DNA from: a virus | Taxonomy: Duplodnaviria > Heunggongvirae > Uroviricota > Caudoviricetes | IMG/VR virus record: IMGVR_UViG_3300028025_000093 | Coordinates: 88,650-152,649 of that record | Length of the DNA stretch: 64,000 nucleotides | Direction: 5' to 3' (one strand) | Part shown: positions 48,946 through 57,920 of the stretch, piece after piece | Layout: every line of letters starts with the position of its first letter | How positions within the stretch are numbered: position 1 is the stretch's first letter | Notes under the pieces: model-generated | Seen by the model: the letters and a program-made list of their open reading frames with translations, nothing else | What the model was told of the DNA's origin: nothing | The model's database searches: none | Translations under genes and position numbers: made by a program

Positions 48946-50253
48946 ATGGTAAAAATTGTTGTAGCAGAAAACAAGTATGATGCCAAACATATGTTGGGAC
49001 AATTTCCAACTGAAGCAGATTACGATCTTTTAATTGAAGAAGATATGGACGTTTATATGCCTGAAGTTCCAGGACATCCTGAACTGACATATACCGAAGA
49101 ACGTATTGTTCTGAAGTTTCGCAAGAACTACTTTACAAAAGAACAACAAGAGCAAGCATACGTTGGTTTGAGAGAAGCTGCGGTTGAATCTCAGAATCGT
49201 GGTATTGCTGCTGGTCCACGTCAAGGTTCATTGGGTAATCGCCAGTGGGTAACAGATTACGAATACGATATGCTTGACGTATTCCTAAAGCCAACTGAAA
49301 ACTTGTTTGGTGACGATCCTGTTGAGGTTGTTCGTAACAAACATAAGAACATTACTGCCAGTGCTTCTAATCGTGCACGTGTTTGGTCAGTAGATGGTGT
49401 CAAGAAAGAGAACTTTGTATTTGACACTTGGGTTGATACTATTCGTAAGATGACACCTGATGCTGCCAAACAAGAAGCAGAACGTGTAGCTGAAGATCTT
49501 ATCTGTGCCACAACTTACGCAAACTCAGTTCACTCTGGCATTGCTGGTTGGTTCGATCGTTATCCACGCATTCCGTATGGTCGTGCCACAAGTTATACTC
49601 GTGATAATTTTGACAAGTTTAAGATGGCGTTTCCTTTCTTACAAACTCTATCGCAAGGTTTCAAAGAATTGTTACCTTGGAGATACGGCAATCAAATGGC
49701 TGCAGCCAATAAACTAGATCCAAACTATTTGGTTCCAGGTACACCATTTACCACAATTACCGTAAACAAAACTTTCCGTACTGCTTGCCATTATGATGCT
49801 GGTGATTTAACCACAGGTTTGTCTAATCTACTAACCTTGTCAAATACTGGTAACTATTCTGGTTGTTATCTGGTTGCACCTGAGTATCGTGTGGCAGTTA
49901 ATGTACGTCCAGGAGATTTGTTGTTGATTAACAATCACGAAGTTATGCACGGCAATACTGAAATTAAAGTGCACGATGAAATCTCAGAACGCATTAGCTT
50001 GGTTTGCTACTTCCGTGAAAAGATGCTTGAGCTAGGTTCCAAAGAATACGAAGATACCAGATATCAATTCGTTGAAGATCGTCGCAAGAATAAAGAACAT
50101 CCTGAACACAGAGCATTGTGGAATGGTGTATCTCCAGGTATGTGGGAGTCTGACGAGTGGTACGATTACCTACGTCATAAACTTGGTGAAGACCAACTGG
50201 TGAAGTATCACCCAGAATCACAAAAGGCTAACTCACTAGAAAGTTTCTTTTAA
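48946..50253 (+). CDS. 2OG-Fe(II) dioxygenase (DSBH fold); candidate DNA-base (thymine) hydroxylase
   Basis: 'ACHYDAGD' (His-282, Asp-284), a distal 'NHEVMHGNTE' (His-331/335) and 'ERISLVCY' (RxS). It is the first gene of a cluster with a kinase, a transferase and an amidoligase. Confidence 0.5.
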   Translation: MVKIVVAENKYDAKHMLGQFPTEADYDLLIEEDMDVYMPEVPGHPELTYTEERIVLKFRKNYFTKEQQEQAYVGLREAAVESQNRGIAAGPRQGSLGNRQWVTDYEYDMLDVFLKPTENLFGDDPVEVVRNKHKNITASASNRARVWSVDGVKKENFVFDTWVDTIRKMTPDAAKQEAERVAEDLICATTYANSVHSGIAGWFDRYPRIPYGRATSYTRDNFDKFKMAFPFLQTLSQGFKELLPWRYGNQMAAANKLDPNYLVPGTPFTTITVNKTFRTACHYDAGDLTTGLSNLLTLSNTGNYSGCYLVAPEYRVAVNVRPGDLLLINNHEVMHGNTEIKVHDEISERISLVCYFREKMLELGSKEYEDTRYQFVEDRRKNKEHPEHRALWNGVSPGMWESDEWYDYLRHKLGEDQLVKYHPESQKANSLESFF

Positions 50254-50930
50254 TGTGCGCAGTCATTGGAGCCATCCTGCAGAAACCAACTCTGCAGGAT
50301 TTTACTATGTTGCATCGTGTATTCCTAGAGTCCAAGATTCGAGGTATGCACGCCACTGGAATATCCTATGTCAAGAATGACCGAGTTGTTACTGAGAAGC
50401 ACCCTGTTCCTGCCAATGAGTTTCCTTTTAATTTTGCAGAGTATGTTAATGAAGATGGGAATCTCTACCTTATTGGTCACTGTCGTTACAGCACTAGCGA
50501 TCTTGAGTTTAATCAGCCAATTGGTAATGATAAACACTCAATAGTTCACAATGGAGTTATCACTCAAGAACTACCAGAACGCTGGAAAGAATTATATAAT
50601 TATGAGTGCACGACCAAGAATGATAGTGAGTTAGTCTTACACTCTGATTCGCCACTTGAAGAGTTTCCTGATATGTCTATGGGTGTTTGTGAATTAACCA
50701 GTGACAAGAAACTACTTGCTTATCGTAATGGCAAACGTCCATTATACTTGACTAGTATTTCAAATGGGTGTATAATTACTTCTACTGCTGATATTATTAA
50801 ACGTGCAGAAGTGGAAGGGTTTCCTATTAACCTTTTATCAAATCATTACACTACATTTGATAGTGACCTAACTATGATTGTTGAAAAGGTTAATATTGAT
50901 GCTGTTGATTACCAACTAATAGGTGACTGA
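50253..50930 (+). CDS. class-II (Ntn) glutamine amidotransferase domain protein
   Basis: N-terminal catalytic 'MCAVIG', plus 'IRGMHATG', 'GHCRYSTSD' and 'VHNGVITQ', which match the PurF/GlmS/AsnB GATase-II signatures. Confidence 0.75.
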   Translation: MCAVIGAILQKPTLQDFTMLHRVFLESKIRGMHATGISYVKNDRVVTEKHPVPANEFPFNFAEYVNEDGNLYLIGHCRYSTSDLEFNQPIGNDKHSIVHNGVITQELPERWKELYNYECTTKNDSELVLHSDSPLEEFPDMSMGVCELTSDKKLLAYRNGKRPLYLTSISNGCIITSTADIIKRAEVEGFPINLLSNHYTTFDSDLTMIVEKVNIDAVDYQLIGD

Positions 50931-51805
50931 TGAATTATCCAAAAGAAAAATTTACATACGGTATGGAAATAGAGTGGGGTGATGTTCCTCGCTCTTTTTC
51001 AATTCCAGAACATCTTGGTACTTGGGAATACTCCGAGCGAGATATTATTAACCTACGAGATCCATACAAGAACGTATGTGCAGATCCGTTGGGTGAAGAT
51101 CCGCCATTTGGTGGAGAGATTAATACCAAGCCAACTCGTACTTGGGCTGGTCAAGTAGAACGATACTTTGAACTACAGAAACTGTTTGAAGATGCTGGTC
51201 ATCCACCAACAGTAGGTGTTACTGCACATACACACATACACTGTCGCATTCCTGGATTGCGTGATGATATCGATGCACTAAAACGATTGACCAAATACAT
51301 CAAAGAAAACCAAGCAACAACAGTTGATCGTGTTTATGGTTTCTATGACCACAATCAAATGAAAGGTGCCAAAGGTGCCAAGATGTATCTAAAGTTTGAT
51401 GGTGGTCGTACAATGCCAGATTATATGAGCGATAATATTATCAATCTAGCCACTGACTTCAACTCTTTCATTAAGATGCACGCTGCAGGTAAAGATGGTG
51501 TTTCAATGGGTCGCCCATTCCGATATGCCATTAATATGTACGCACTCAAACACATTGATACTGTGGAGTTTCGTTTATTCCGTGGTACACTGGATAAAGT
51601 AGAATTGGAATCTTGCTTCCGTTTCGTTGAAGACTTCCTTGATGCTGCGCTAAATGATGGACCAAGTGTTGACGATCTGATCAATACCAATGGTTATAAG
51701 TTTCCACCGATGCAGTGGGATCTTGCTCAATTCATTGGATGGGAAAAGACAAAGCACCCAGAAGATCGTGGTGAGAAAGTGAGAACTCTTGTTGAGGTTG
51801 AGTAA
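50930..51805 (+). CDS. glutamine-synthetase-like amidoligase family protein
   Basis: 'FTYGMEIEW' N-terminal region and overall size typical of phage and bacterial amidoligases. Assigned from my recollection of family signatures. Confidence 0.5.
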   Translation: MNYPKEKFTYGMEIEWGDVPRSFSIPEHLGTWEYSERDIINLRDPYKNVCADPLGEDPPFGGEINTKPTRTWAGQVERYFELQKLFEDAGHPPTVGVTAHTHIHCRIPGLRDDIDALKRLTKYIKENQATTVDRVYGFYDHNQMKGAKGAKMYLKFDGGRTMPDYMSDNIINLATDFNSFIKMHAAGKDGVSMGRPFRYAINMYALKHIDTVEFRLFRGTLDKVELESCFRFVEDFLDAALNDGPSVDDLINTNGYKFPPMQWDLAQFIGWEKTKHPEDRGEKVRTLVEVE

Positions 51806-51887
51806 ATGTTCAAGATGTGATTTTGTAAATAGTATATCTACCGATAAGGGAGATAACTTTGCAAAGACATTTATTGCCAAAGCAGAT

Positions 51888-52340
51888 ATGCAAGACCAAT
51901 GGGAGTATTGCATAGGTGCTTGGGATGGTAGCGAATTAACAGCTGCCATTATAACTACCATATCCAAGAATAAACCCCACGTGGCTAACCTACAACTCTT
52001 GCATACCTTTGTAAAACACCGAGGAAAGGGAGCTGCCAGGATCCTCTGCGAGGACTCTTTAAAGCGTGCTAGAGCGTCTGGAGCGACTTACTTTAGGGTA
52101 TCCTCAGAGAAGTCTGCCGTAGGCTTCTACGAGCGTCTAGGGTTCCGATTCTGGGGTTCCCAAAAGAGTGGTTGCCAGCTATCCATCTTTAGGATAGGGG
52201 GAGATACCTTCCTACAGGGCGACTACGACCTTTCTGACACCACCATCAATAAAGCGGTCAACCGAAAGGGTAAGGGAGGTTGTACGACCCTCTACGACCT
52301 TGCAAAGAGCCAAAATGGGGTCAAAATAGACGATTTTTGA
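51888..52340 (+). CDS. GNAT-family N-acetyltransferase with anomalous GC-rich composition
   Basis: 'FVKHRGKGAARIL' acetyl-CoA-binding motif followed by 'GFYERLGF'. About 50% GC with rare AGG/CGA/GGG codons, against about 37% GC for the rest of the window. The ORF track uses TTG at 51789; the first ATG is at 51888. Confidence 0.55.
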   Translation: MQDQWEYCIGAWDGSELTAAIITTISKNKPHVANLQLLHTFVKHRGKGAARILCEDSLKRARASGATYFRVSSEKSAVGFYERLGFRFWGSQKSGCQLSIFRIGGDTFLQGDYDLSDTTINKAVNRKGKGGCTTLYDLAKSQNGVKIDDF

Positions 52341-52354
52341 GTCAAATTTAGCTT

Positions 52355-52382
52355 TACTTTAATTGCAAAATAAGGTATAATA
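52355..52382 (+). promoter_or_regulatory. sigma70-like promoter (TTTACT-N16-TATAAT) driving the HNH gene
   Basis: 'AGCTTTACTTTAATTgcaaaataaggTATAAT' is a member of the conserved promoter family. Confidence 0.5.
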
Positions 52383-52408
52383 AAGGTTGGATAATTGAGG
52401 AATTTATT

Positions 52409-52945
52409 ATGAGAAATTTAAACCTTGAAGAACTAATAGAATTTAATTTTAATTCTGACTTGGTGAACCAAGAAGAATCAAGACGTGAGTACATATCTGA
52501 AAAAAATCAAGAAAATCATAAGACTTGGGGTGATACTAAAGAGCGTTGGATAAAGCGACATCTTTATAAAGGGACACAAAGTAATGCTAGAGAAAAGAAA
52601 GTAGCCAATACTTTATCTCCAGTAGCCTTAAGTAAAATGTGGGATTTACAAAAAGGTAAATGTGCTATTAGTGGAGTGGAGTTAGTTTGGGGTGAAACTG
52701 ATAACATCCGAAGAGCATCAGTTGATCAAATATATCCATCAGGTGGCTATACATTAGAAAATACATGGCTAGTTTGTTCAGGAATAAATTTTTTGAAAAA
52801 TAAATTTTCACTGACAGATCTTCTTGAGATATACCCACAAGCAATAAAATCTTCTTTATTTAACGAGGTATATGAAGCTACTTTAAATGATAAAGTACCT
52901 ACACACAATAGTCCTATTATAAACGACCTTCAATTACTCACTTAA
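52409..52945 (+). CDS. putative HNH-family homing endonuclease
   Basis: 'GKCAISGVEL…SVDQIYPSGGYTLENTWLVCSGINFLKNK' resembles the HNH_3-type core. AT-rich, with its own promoter, inserted inside a functional gene cluster. Confidence 0.4.
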   Translation: MRNLNLEELIEFNFNSDLVNQEESRREYISEKNQENHKTWGDTKERWIKRHLYKGTQSNAREKKVANTLSPVALSKMWDLQKGKCAISGVELVWGETDNIRRASVDQIYPSGGYTLENTWLVCSGINFLKNKFSLTDLLEIYPQAIKSSLFNEVYEATLNDKVPTHNSPIINDLQLLT

Positions 52946-53964
52946 TGGACTATAGACTATCACAAAATCGTAGAGAAGCATTCATACGCTGGTATGCGTG
53001 GTCGTTGAAGTATGACGACTGCGACCCAGCAGTATGGGCGACTAACTATATAAACGATCGTTACGAGCATAATGACGAGCAGAAACTTTGGTTGTGCTGG
53101 CTATACGGTAATACATACTATCTTCCAACTGCTTGGGTATTGATGAACGAGTTTCCCGACTATGAACTGGCAACTGTTGATCGTATGACTCAGTGGAATA
53201 CTACCAACTACAAGCGACTGCGTTATCAAACTGACACAAAGTGGAACAAGGGACATTTGCCAACCATGTTCGAATCTTATCAAAAGTATATTGGCAATCA
53301 AACTCAACGAGAAAAGATAGAGTCATTATATGGAAACAATGAGAAGGCAAACTTTGATAACTTGTGGGAGAGCGTTAAGTCTAGCTTGCATAAGTTTGGT
53401 CGTTACAGTACTTGGTTTTATCTTCAGCATCTTAAGCATACCGCTGGTGTTCGGATCGATCCTACTTCTCTCATGCTGGACGATTATGATGGCTCTCGCT
53501 CTCATCGTAATGGATTACTTTATGCCCTCGGACAAGAAGACAGTGTGGATAGAAAACTCACTGCAATGGAGTATGCAAATCTTGAGTCACAAGCCCAAGA
53601 GATTCTTGCAGAGACGAAAGCAAGATTTCCAGAACTCATATCGTCAATAGATTATTTCACTATGGAAACGTGTCTGTGTTCTTATAAGAAAATCTTTAGA
53701 GAACACCACGGAAGATACCTTGGGTATTACCTAGATCGTCAAGCTGAAGAGATTATCAAAGTTGAAGGCGATGGATGGTATGGAATTGATTGGGATGTGC
53801 TTTGGCAATCCCGAGAAGAAACTATTGATTTACGTCTAGATCACAAACGTGGTATAGACAAAGAAAAGTTTAAGTATTTTATCAATACAGGTAAACTTGA
53901 TAATCTCGAGTGGATGTTTGATGATGAACAGCGACAACTTATTGGACTAGAGGAATTTTTATGA
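52945..53964 (+). CDS. hypothetical protein; candidate aGPT-pyrophosphorylase-like transferase of the base-modification cluster
   Basis: Assigned from gene context only: it is translationally coupled (ATGA) to the downstream small P-loop kinase and sits in a cluster with a dioxygenase, a GATase and an amidoligase. I recognise no sequence motif with confidence. Confidence 0.3.
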   Translation: MDYRLSQNRREAFIRWYAWSLKYDDCDPAVWATNYINDRYEHNDEQKLWLCWLYGNTYYLPTAWVLMNEFPDYELATVDRMTQWNTTNYKRLRYQTDTKWNKGHLPTMFESYQKYIGNQTQREKIESLYGNNEKANFDNLWESVKSSLHKFGRYSTWFYLQHLKHTAGVRIDPTSLMLDDYDGSRSHRNGLLYALGQEDSVDRKLTAMEYANLESQAQEILAETKARFPELISSIDYFTMETCLCSYKKIFREHHGRYLGYYLDRQAEEIIKVEGDGWYGIDWDVLWQSREETIDLRLDHKRGIDKEKFKYFINTGKLDNLEWMFDDEQRQLIGLEEFL

Positions 53965-54500
53965 GAAAATTGATTGCAGTTGGTGGTTCTCCAGGAACAG
54001 GTAAAACTACCTTATTCCGTAAGTTTATGGAAGGTAAAACTTGGGAGCGAGTTGAGCCCAAGAAAATGTTACCTGCACTCTACTGTGCAGAATTGGATTT
54101 GTATATCCTAGGTAAGTACGAAGATGGCGAAACATTCGCTGGCACAGATCGTTTAAGTATGGCTGTTCAACCAGTGGCTCAGGAATTCGTCAAGGAAACT
54201 ACTTCAAACATCTTATTTGAAGGCGACCGAATCTTTAACCAGTCTTTCCTAGAGTTTGCCATGGGATTGCCCGATACTGATCTACAAGTGATTTTCCTAA
54301 AGGTTCCCAAGGAAATGCTTGAGCAAAGGTATAAGGATCGTGGATCCGACCAATCGGAGATATTCCTAAAGGGTCGCAATACTAAATATAATAACCTATT
54401 GTCTAATTTTGAGTTGATGCCATATATTACTGAGTTTGTGAATACTAACTTAGAGGAGCAGGGGAAAGTTCTAACCTTTTTAGAAGGTCAATTAGGATAA
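53961..54500 (+). CDS. small P-loop kinase; candidate 5-hydroxymethyluracil DNA kinase (5-HMUDK-like)
   Basis: Walker A 'GGSPGTGKTT', about 180 aa. The assignment as a DNA-base kinase is from context. Confidence 0.45.
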   Translation: MRKLIAVGGSPGTGKTTLFRKFMEGKTWERVEPKKMLPALYCAELDLYILGKYEDGETFAGTDRLSMAVQPVAQEFVKETTSNILFEGDRIFNQSFLEFAMGLPDTDLQVIFLKVPKEMLEQRYKDRGSDQSEIFLKGRNTKYNNLLSNFELMPYITEFVNTNLEEQGKVLTFLEGQLG

Positions 54501-54502
54501 GG

Positions 54503-55228
54503 ATGGAACTTTCTAGGGATATGAATTACCTAGAAACCGCAGACTTCAATTGGATGGAAATGCTCAATTTCTATGAGCAGCCATTTAGAGCTAAACTCAT
54601 TCCATCAAAAGTGTGGCGAGATCTCGACAAGTATAAAAATGATAGCGTAGGTCTAGCCAACTATACTAAAAAGTGGCGTACCAAAATAGAGTTTAGAAAA
54701 GCACCATCTAAGGCAAAGATCTGGAAAACCTACACATCAATTGGTGGTGAATATTCCCCAGATGAACGTCAGTGTACCCTACAAATCTACACGCTAGAAT
54801 TTGATAAATTCCCTTTCACTAAAGTATCTTGGGATAGATTTAAGTATCGCTTTATTCAAACTCTGATGCACGAGTTGATTCACTTTATGCAGTACGATCG
54901 TCGTGGTGATGAGTGGAGCAATTACGTACTACCACATAAGAAAGTTGGTCAAGCCAAGAAAGACGCTGAGCGTAAATACCTTTCTGAGTTTGATGAGATA
55001 CAAGCATACGCTCATTGTGTTTATCTGGACTTTAAAATGTTCCGTCCAAGATTAGAAGTAGAAACACTAATGAACCGAGCAGGACAATATACAGATTCAA
55101 AGACTCTACATTACTTTCTAAAGACATTCAACTACGACTACAAGAATAACGCTGCAATTCCAAAGATAATGCAGCAGATTATTAAGTGGGACAACAAGTA
55201 TCAACGATACGTCAATAAGCCTAAATAG
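54503..55228 (+). CDS. HExxH motif protein (putative zincin-like metallohydrolase)
   Basis: 'TLMHELIHFMQYD' followed by 'SEFDEIQAY'. Confidence 0.35.
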   Translation: MELSRDMNYLETADFNWMEMLNFYEQPFRAKLIPSKVWRDLDKYKNDSVGLANYTKKWRTKIEFRKAPSKAKIWKTYTSIGGEYSPDERQCTLQIYTLEFDKFPFTKVSWDRFKYRFIQTLMHELIHFMQYDRRGDEWSNYVLPHKKVGQAKKDAERKYLSEFDEIQAYAHCVYLDFKMFRPRLEVETLMNRAGQYTDSKTLHYFLKTFNYDYKNNAAIPKIMQQIIKWDNKYQRYVNKPK

Positions 55229-55246
55229 TAGTCTAATGGGATTACT

Positions 55247-56623
55247 ATGGCAACAGATTACTCAAAACTAGCAGCATCCGCCAAAAAGATGGTAGATTAT
55301 CTTTCCACCAAAGGTGTTAAGGTAACTTTAAAATCTTCAAGGTATCAAGCTCAAATTAAAGCAGTTGAGATTGCATTCTCAGGCACACTTGACGCATTCT
55401 TAAAAAGTGTTGGTATAACTGCAACAGTTACTGATCTTAGTGTCACTGAAGAAAAAGCAATTTCTGGTAAGTACAAAGCCAAGCTAATGACTCTTACCAA
55501 AGTACTCGGCACTATTGCCAAGGGCGAAACCTTTTACATTGTAAATACCTATACTGAAAAGGGTACGCTAAAAACAAAAGATTTAGCACCAGAAAAGTTT
55601 AATCTCACTACTAGCAAATATACAACGCTAGAATCTCTAGACAAAGCTGTGTTGAATGGTATCAAAGAAAACGCTACCCTAGCAGCAGACATTAAAGTTG
55701 TTCTAACAGAATTATATAAAACAGTTAGCACAAACAAAAACCCCAAAGATATTATTCCAATGACTGCGCCAGCAAAGAAATCATTTGCTGGAGTTAAGCC
55801 ACAAGACAAACAAGCTATTGGTAAAGACTTTGGTGAAGTTCTTTCTATGCGTTGGTACTTGACTCAACCATTTGCTTCTACTTGGCAACAAGCATTCTTT
55901 TCAGATATTAGTAATGAAGCATTGGTAGACTTTGTTGTTATGAAGAAATCTGGCAAAGAAACTATTCGTACTGATATATCAGCAAAGTTTGAAGAAGGTG
56001 CTGCACCATCCATTGGTGCCATTGTTGATAATATTGATAAAGTTTACAAAGCTCCAAATAAAGAAGAAGCTGTTGTAATTAACGTACTAAAAGCATTGGC
56101 TGGCAAAAACGATAATACATCAACTAAGATTTTAGCTGCCATGAAATCTCTTAATCTGCCAGCGTATACCACATTAAAGAAAACTATTGGTGCTAAAGGC
56201 AACTTTACTATTCAAGATATTTCTGCGCATATTCAACAGATTGCCAAAGTAGGTAAAACTGATAAAGCAAGAATTAAATTATTTAAATCTACATATGAAG
56301 AGTTTTATAATGTGCTTGGTAAAAACGCAAGTGATGATTCTGTTAATATTGTAATGACACCAACTACATATAAAAAGTATTATTCATTGGTAATGGCACC
56401 TATGGGTTATGCGTTAGTTGATTATATGAATAAACAACCACAATATCAAGAAGTGTTAAATAAGATTAGTCAGCATATGAAAACTGAACAAGTATATCTA
56501 TACTTCTCTGGTGATAATCTAGAGTTTAAGAAAAAGTTATTTTCAAAAGCTGAGTTTAAATTTGCTTACGGAGCCAACGCCAAAGACTCTGATAATACAG
56601 GCATCAAGTTCTTTATGAAATAA
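55247..56623 (+). CDS. hypothetical Lys-rich protein (458 aa)
   Basis: Long ORF; no recognisable motif. Confidence 0.4.
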   Translation: MATDYSKLAASAKKMVDYLSTKGVKVTLKSSRYQAQIKAVEIAFSGTLDAFLKSVGITATVTDLSVTEEKAISGKYKAKLMTLTKVLGTIAKGETFYIVNTYTEKGTLKTKDLAPEKFNLTTSKYTTLESLDKAVLNGIKENATLAADIKVVLTELYKTVSTNKNPKDIIPMTAPAKKSFAGVKPQDKQAIGKDFGEVLSMRWYLTQPFASTWQQAFFSDISNEALVDFVVMKKSGKETIRTDISAKFEEGAAPSIGAIVDNIDKVYKAPNKEEAVVINVLKALAGKNDNTSTKILAAMKSLNLPAYTTLKKTIGAKGNFTIQDISAHIQQIAKVGKTDKARIKLFKSTYEEFYNVLGKNASDDSVNIVMTPTTYKKYYSLVMAPMGYALVDYMNKQPQYQEVLNKISQHMKTEQVYLYFSGDNLEFKKKLFSKAEFKFAYGANAKDSDNTGIKFFMK

Positions 56624-56645
56624 CCCTCACTATTTGAGGGGAATA
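56622..56645 (+). terminator. terminator-like hairpin (CCCTCA-ctattt-TGAGGG), related to the 26260 module
   Basis: Shares 'TAACCCTCA…TTGAGGG' with the hairpin at 26260. The T-run is weak. Confidence 0.4.
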
Positions 56646-56655
56646 CATAAATCGC

Positions 56656-56684
56656 TTGACTTTAATTGCAAGATAGGGTATAAT
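56656..56684 (+). promoter_or_regulatory. consensus sigma70 promoter (TTGACT-N17-TATAAT)
   Basis: 'CGCTTGACTTTAATTgcaagatagggTATAAT' is the best match to the consensus within the promoter family. Confidence 0.65.
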
Positions 56685-56690
56685 AAAGGT

Positions 56691-57920
56691 ATGAAGTTGA
56701 AAAGTTTAAAGGGTTTTATAGTCGAAGAAAAGAATACCCATATGGAACATCTAGAAGATCTAGTGTTCAATGAAGGTACAGTCGGCACTCAAAAAGCCAT
56801 CAACTTTATCAAAGACCTCCGTGATATGTTGGCAGGTCACAGCAAAACAAAAATCTCAGCCACGGTAAAGTGGGATGGTGCACCAGCTATCTTTGCTGGT
56901 ATCGATCCAAGAGATGGTAAGTTCTTTATCGCCAAAAAAGGTGTCTTCAATAAAGAACCAAAGATTTATAAAACTGCTGCAGAGATCGATGCTGATACTG
57001 ATGGCGATCTAGCCGCAAAATTTAAAGTTGCTCTTACCGAGTTCAAGAAACTTGGTATCAAGTCTGGTGTTTACCAAGGCGATCTAATGTTTACCAAAAA
57101 TGATTTAAAGAAACAAGTCATTGATGGTGAATCATACATTACCTTCCATCCAAACACTATCGTTTATGCTGTTCCAGAAAACAGCGATCTAGCCACAAAA
57201 GTCAAGAAAGCAAAGATTGGTGTTGTTTGGCATACGACTTATACTGGAACTTCATTTGAAACAATGAAAGCATCTTTTGGTAAAGGTATCGTTGAGCACT
57301 TAGTTGCTTCACCAAGTATCTGGATGGATGACGCCACATACAAAGATTATTCTGGCACTGCTTCTTTTACTGCCGATGAAACAGTGAAACTAAATTCTAT
57401 TATTACGTCAGCTCAAGCCAAGTTAAATAGTATTACGCCAGCAGCTTTAAATTCTATTAGTCAAAACGAAGAACTATTACTTCAGATTAAAACATACAAC
57501 AATACAAAGATTCGTTCTGGTGAAGGATTCTCAAATACCCGAGAACATGTTAAAGGATTGTTTGATTATATCCACGCTAAATTAGAACCAAAGCAAAAGA
57601 CCGAAAAGGGTAAAGCTACTGGTGAAGCCAAGCGTAAAGAAGTATTAAAATACTTTGCTGAAAATAAACCAAGTGACGTTCAAGCAATCTTTGATCTAGT
57701 TAATATTCTTACTGATGCCAAAGAAATGGTTGTCAACAAGATGAATCAAGCTGGTCATATTTCTACGTTTCTTAAAACTGCAAGTGGATTTAAAACAACT
57801 AGCGTTGAGGGATTTGTTGCTATTGATAGACTAAAGGGTGGTGCTGTTAAGGTTATCAATCGTATGGAATTCAGTCGTTCAAATTTCTCTGCTGATATTA
57901 TCAAAGGATGGCAACGATGA
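56691..57920 (+). CDS. putative ATP-dependent polynucleotide ligase (RNA ligase-like) of the nucleotidyltransferase superfamily
   Basis: The ATG at 56691 follows the promoter and RBS. Candidate motif I 'TVKWDGAP' (KxDG). The ORF-track start at 56634 lies upstream of the promoter. Confidence 0.4.
   Translation: MKLKSLKGFIVEEKNTHMEHLEDLVFNEGTVGTQKAINFIKDLRDMLAGHSKTKISATVKWDGAPAIFAGIDPRDGKFFIAKKGVFNKEPKIYKTAAEIDADTDGDLAAKFKVALTEFKKLGIKSGVYQGDLMFTKNDLKKQVIDGESYITFHPNTIVYAVPENSDLATKVKKAKIGVVWHTTYTGTSFETMKASFGKGIVEHLVASPSIWMDDATYKDYSGTASFTADETVKLNSIITSAQAKLNSITPAALNSISQNEELLLQIKTYNNTKIRSGEGFSNTREHVKGLFDYIHAKLEPKQKTEKGKATGEAKRKEVLKYFAENKPSDVQAIFDLVNILTDAKEMVVNKMNQAGHISTFLKTASGFKTTSVEGFVAIDRLKGGAVKVINRMEFSRSNFSADIIKGWQR

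Noticed and set aside
56634-56690. ORF-track start at 56634 for the ligase-like gene ('MRGIHKSLDFNCKIGYNKG…')
   Set aside because: That N-terminal extension would span the terminator hairpin and the consensus TTGACT-N17-TATAAT promoter. The ATG at 56691 with an AAAGG RBS is the likely start.
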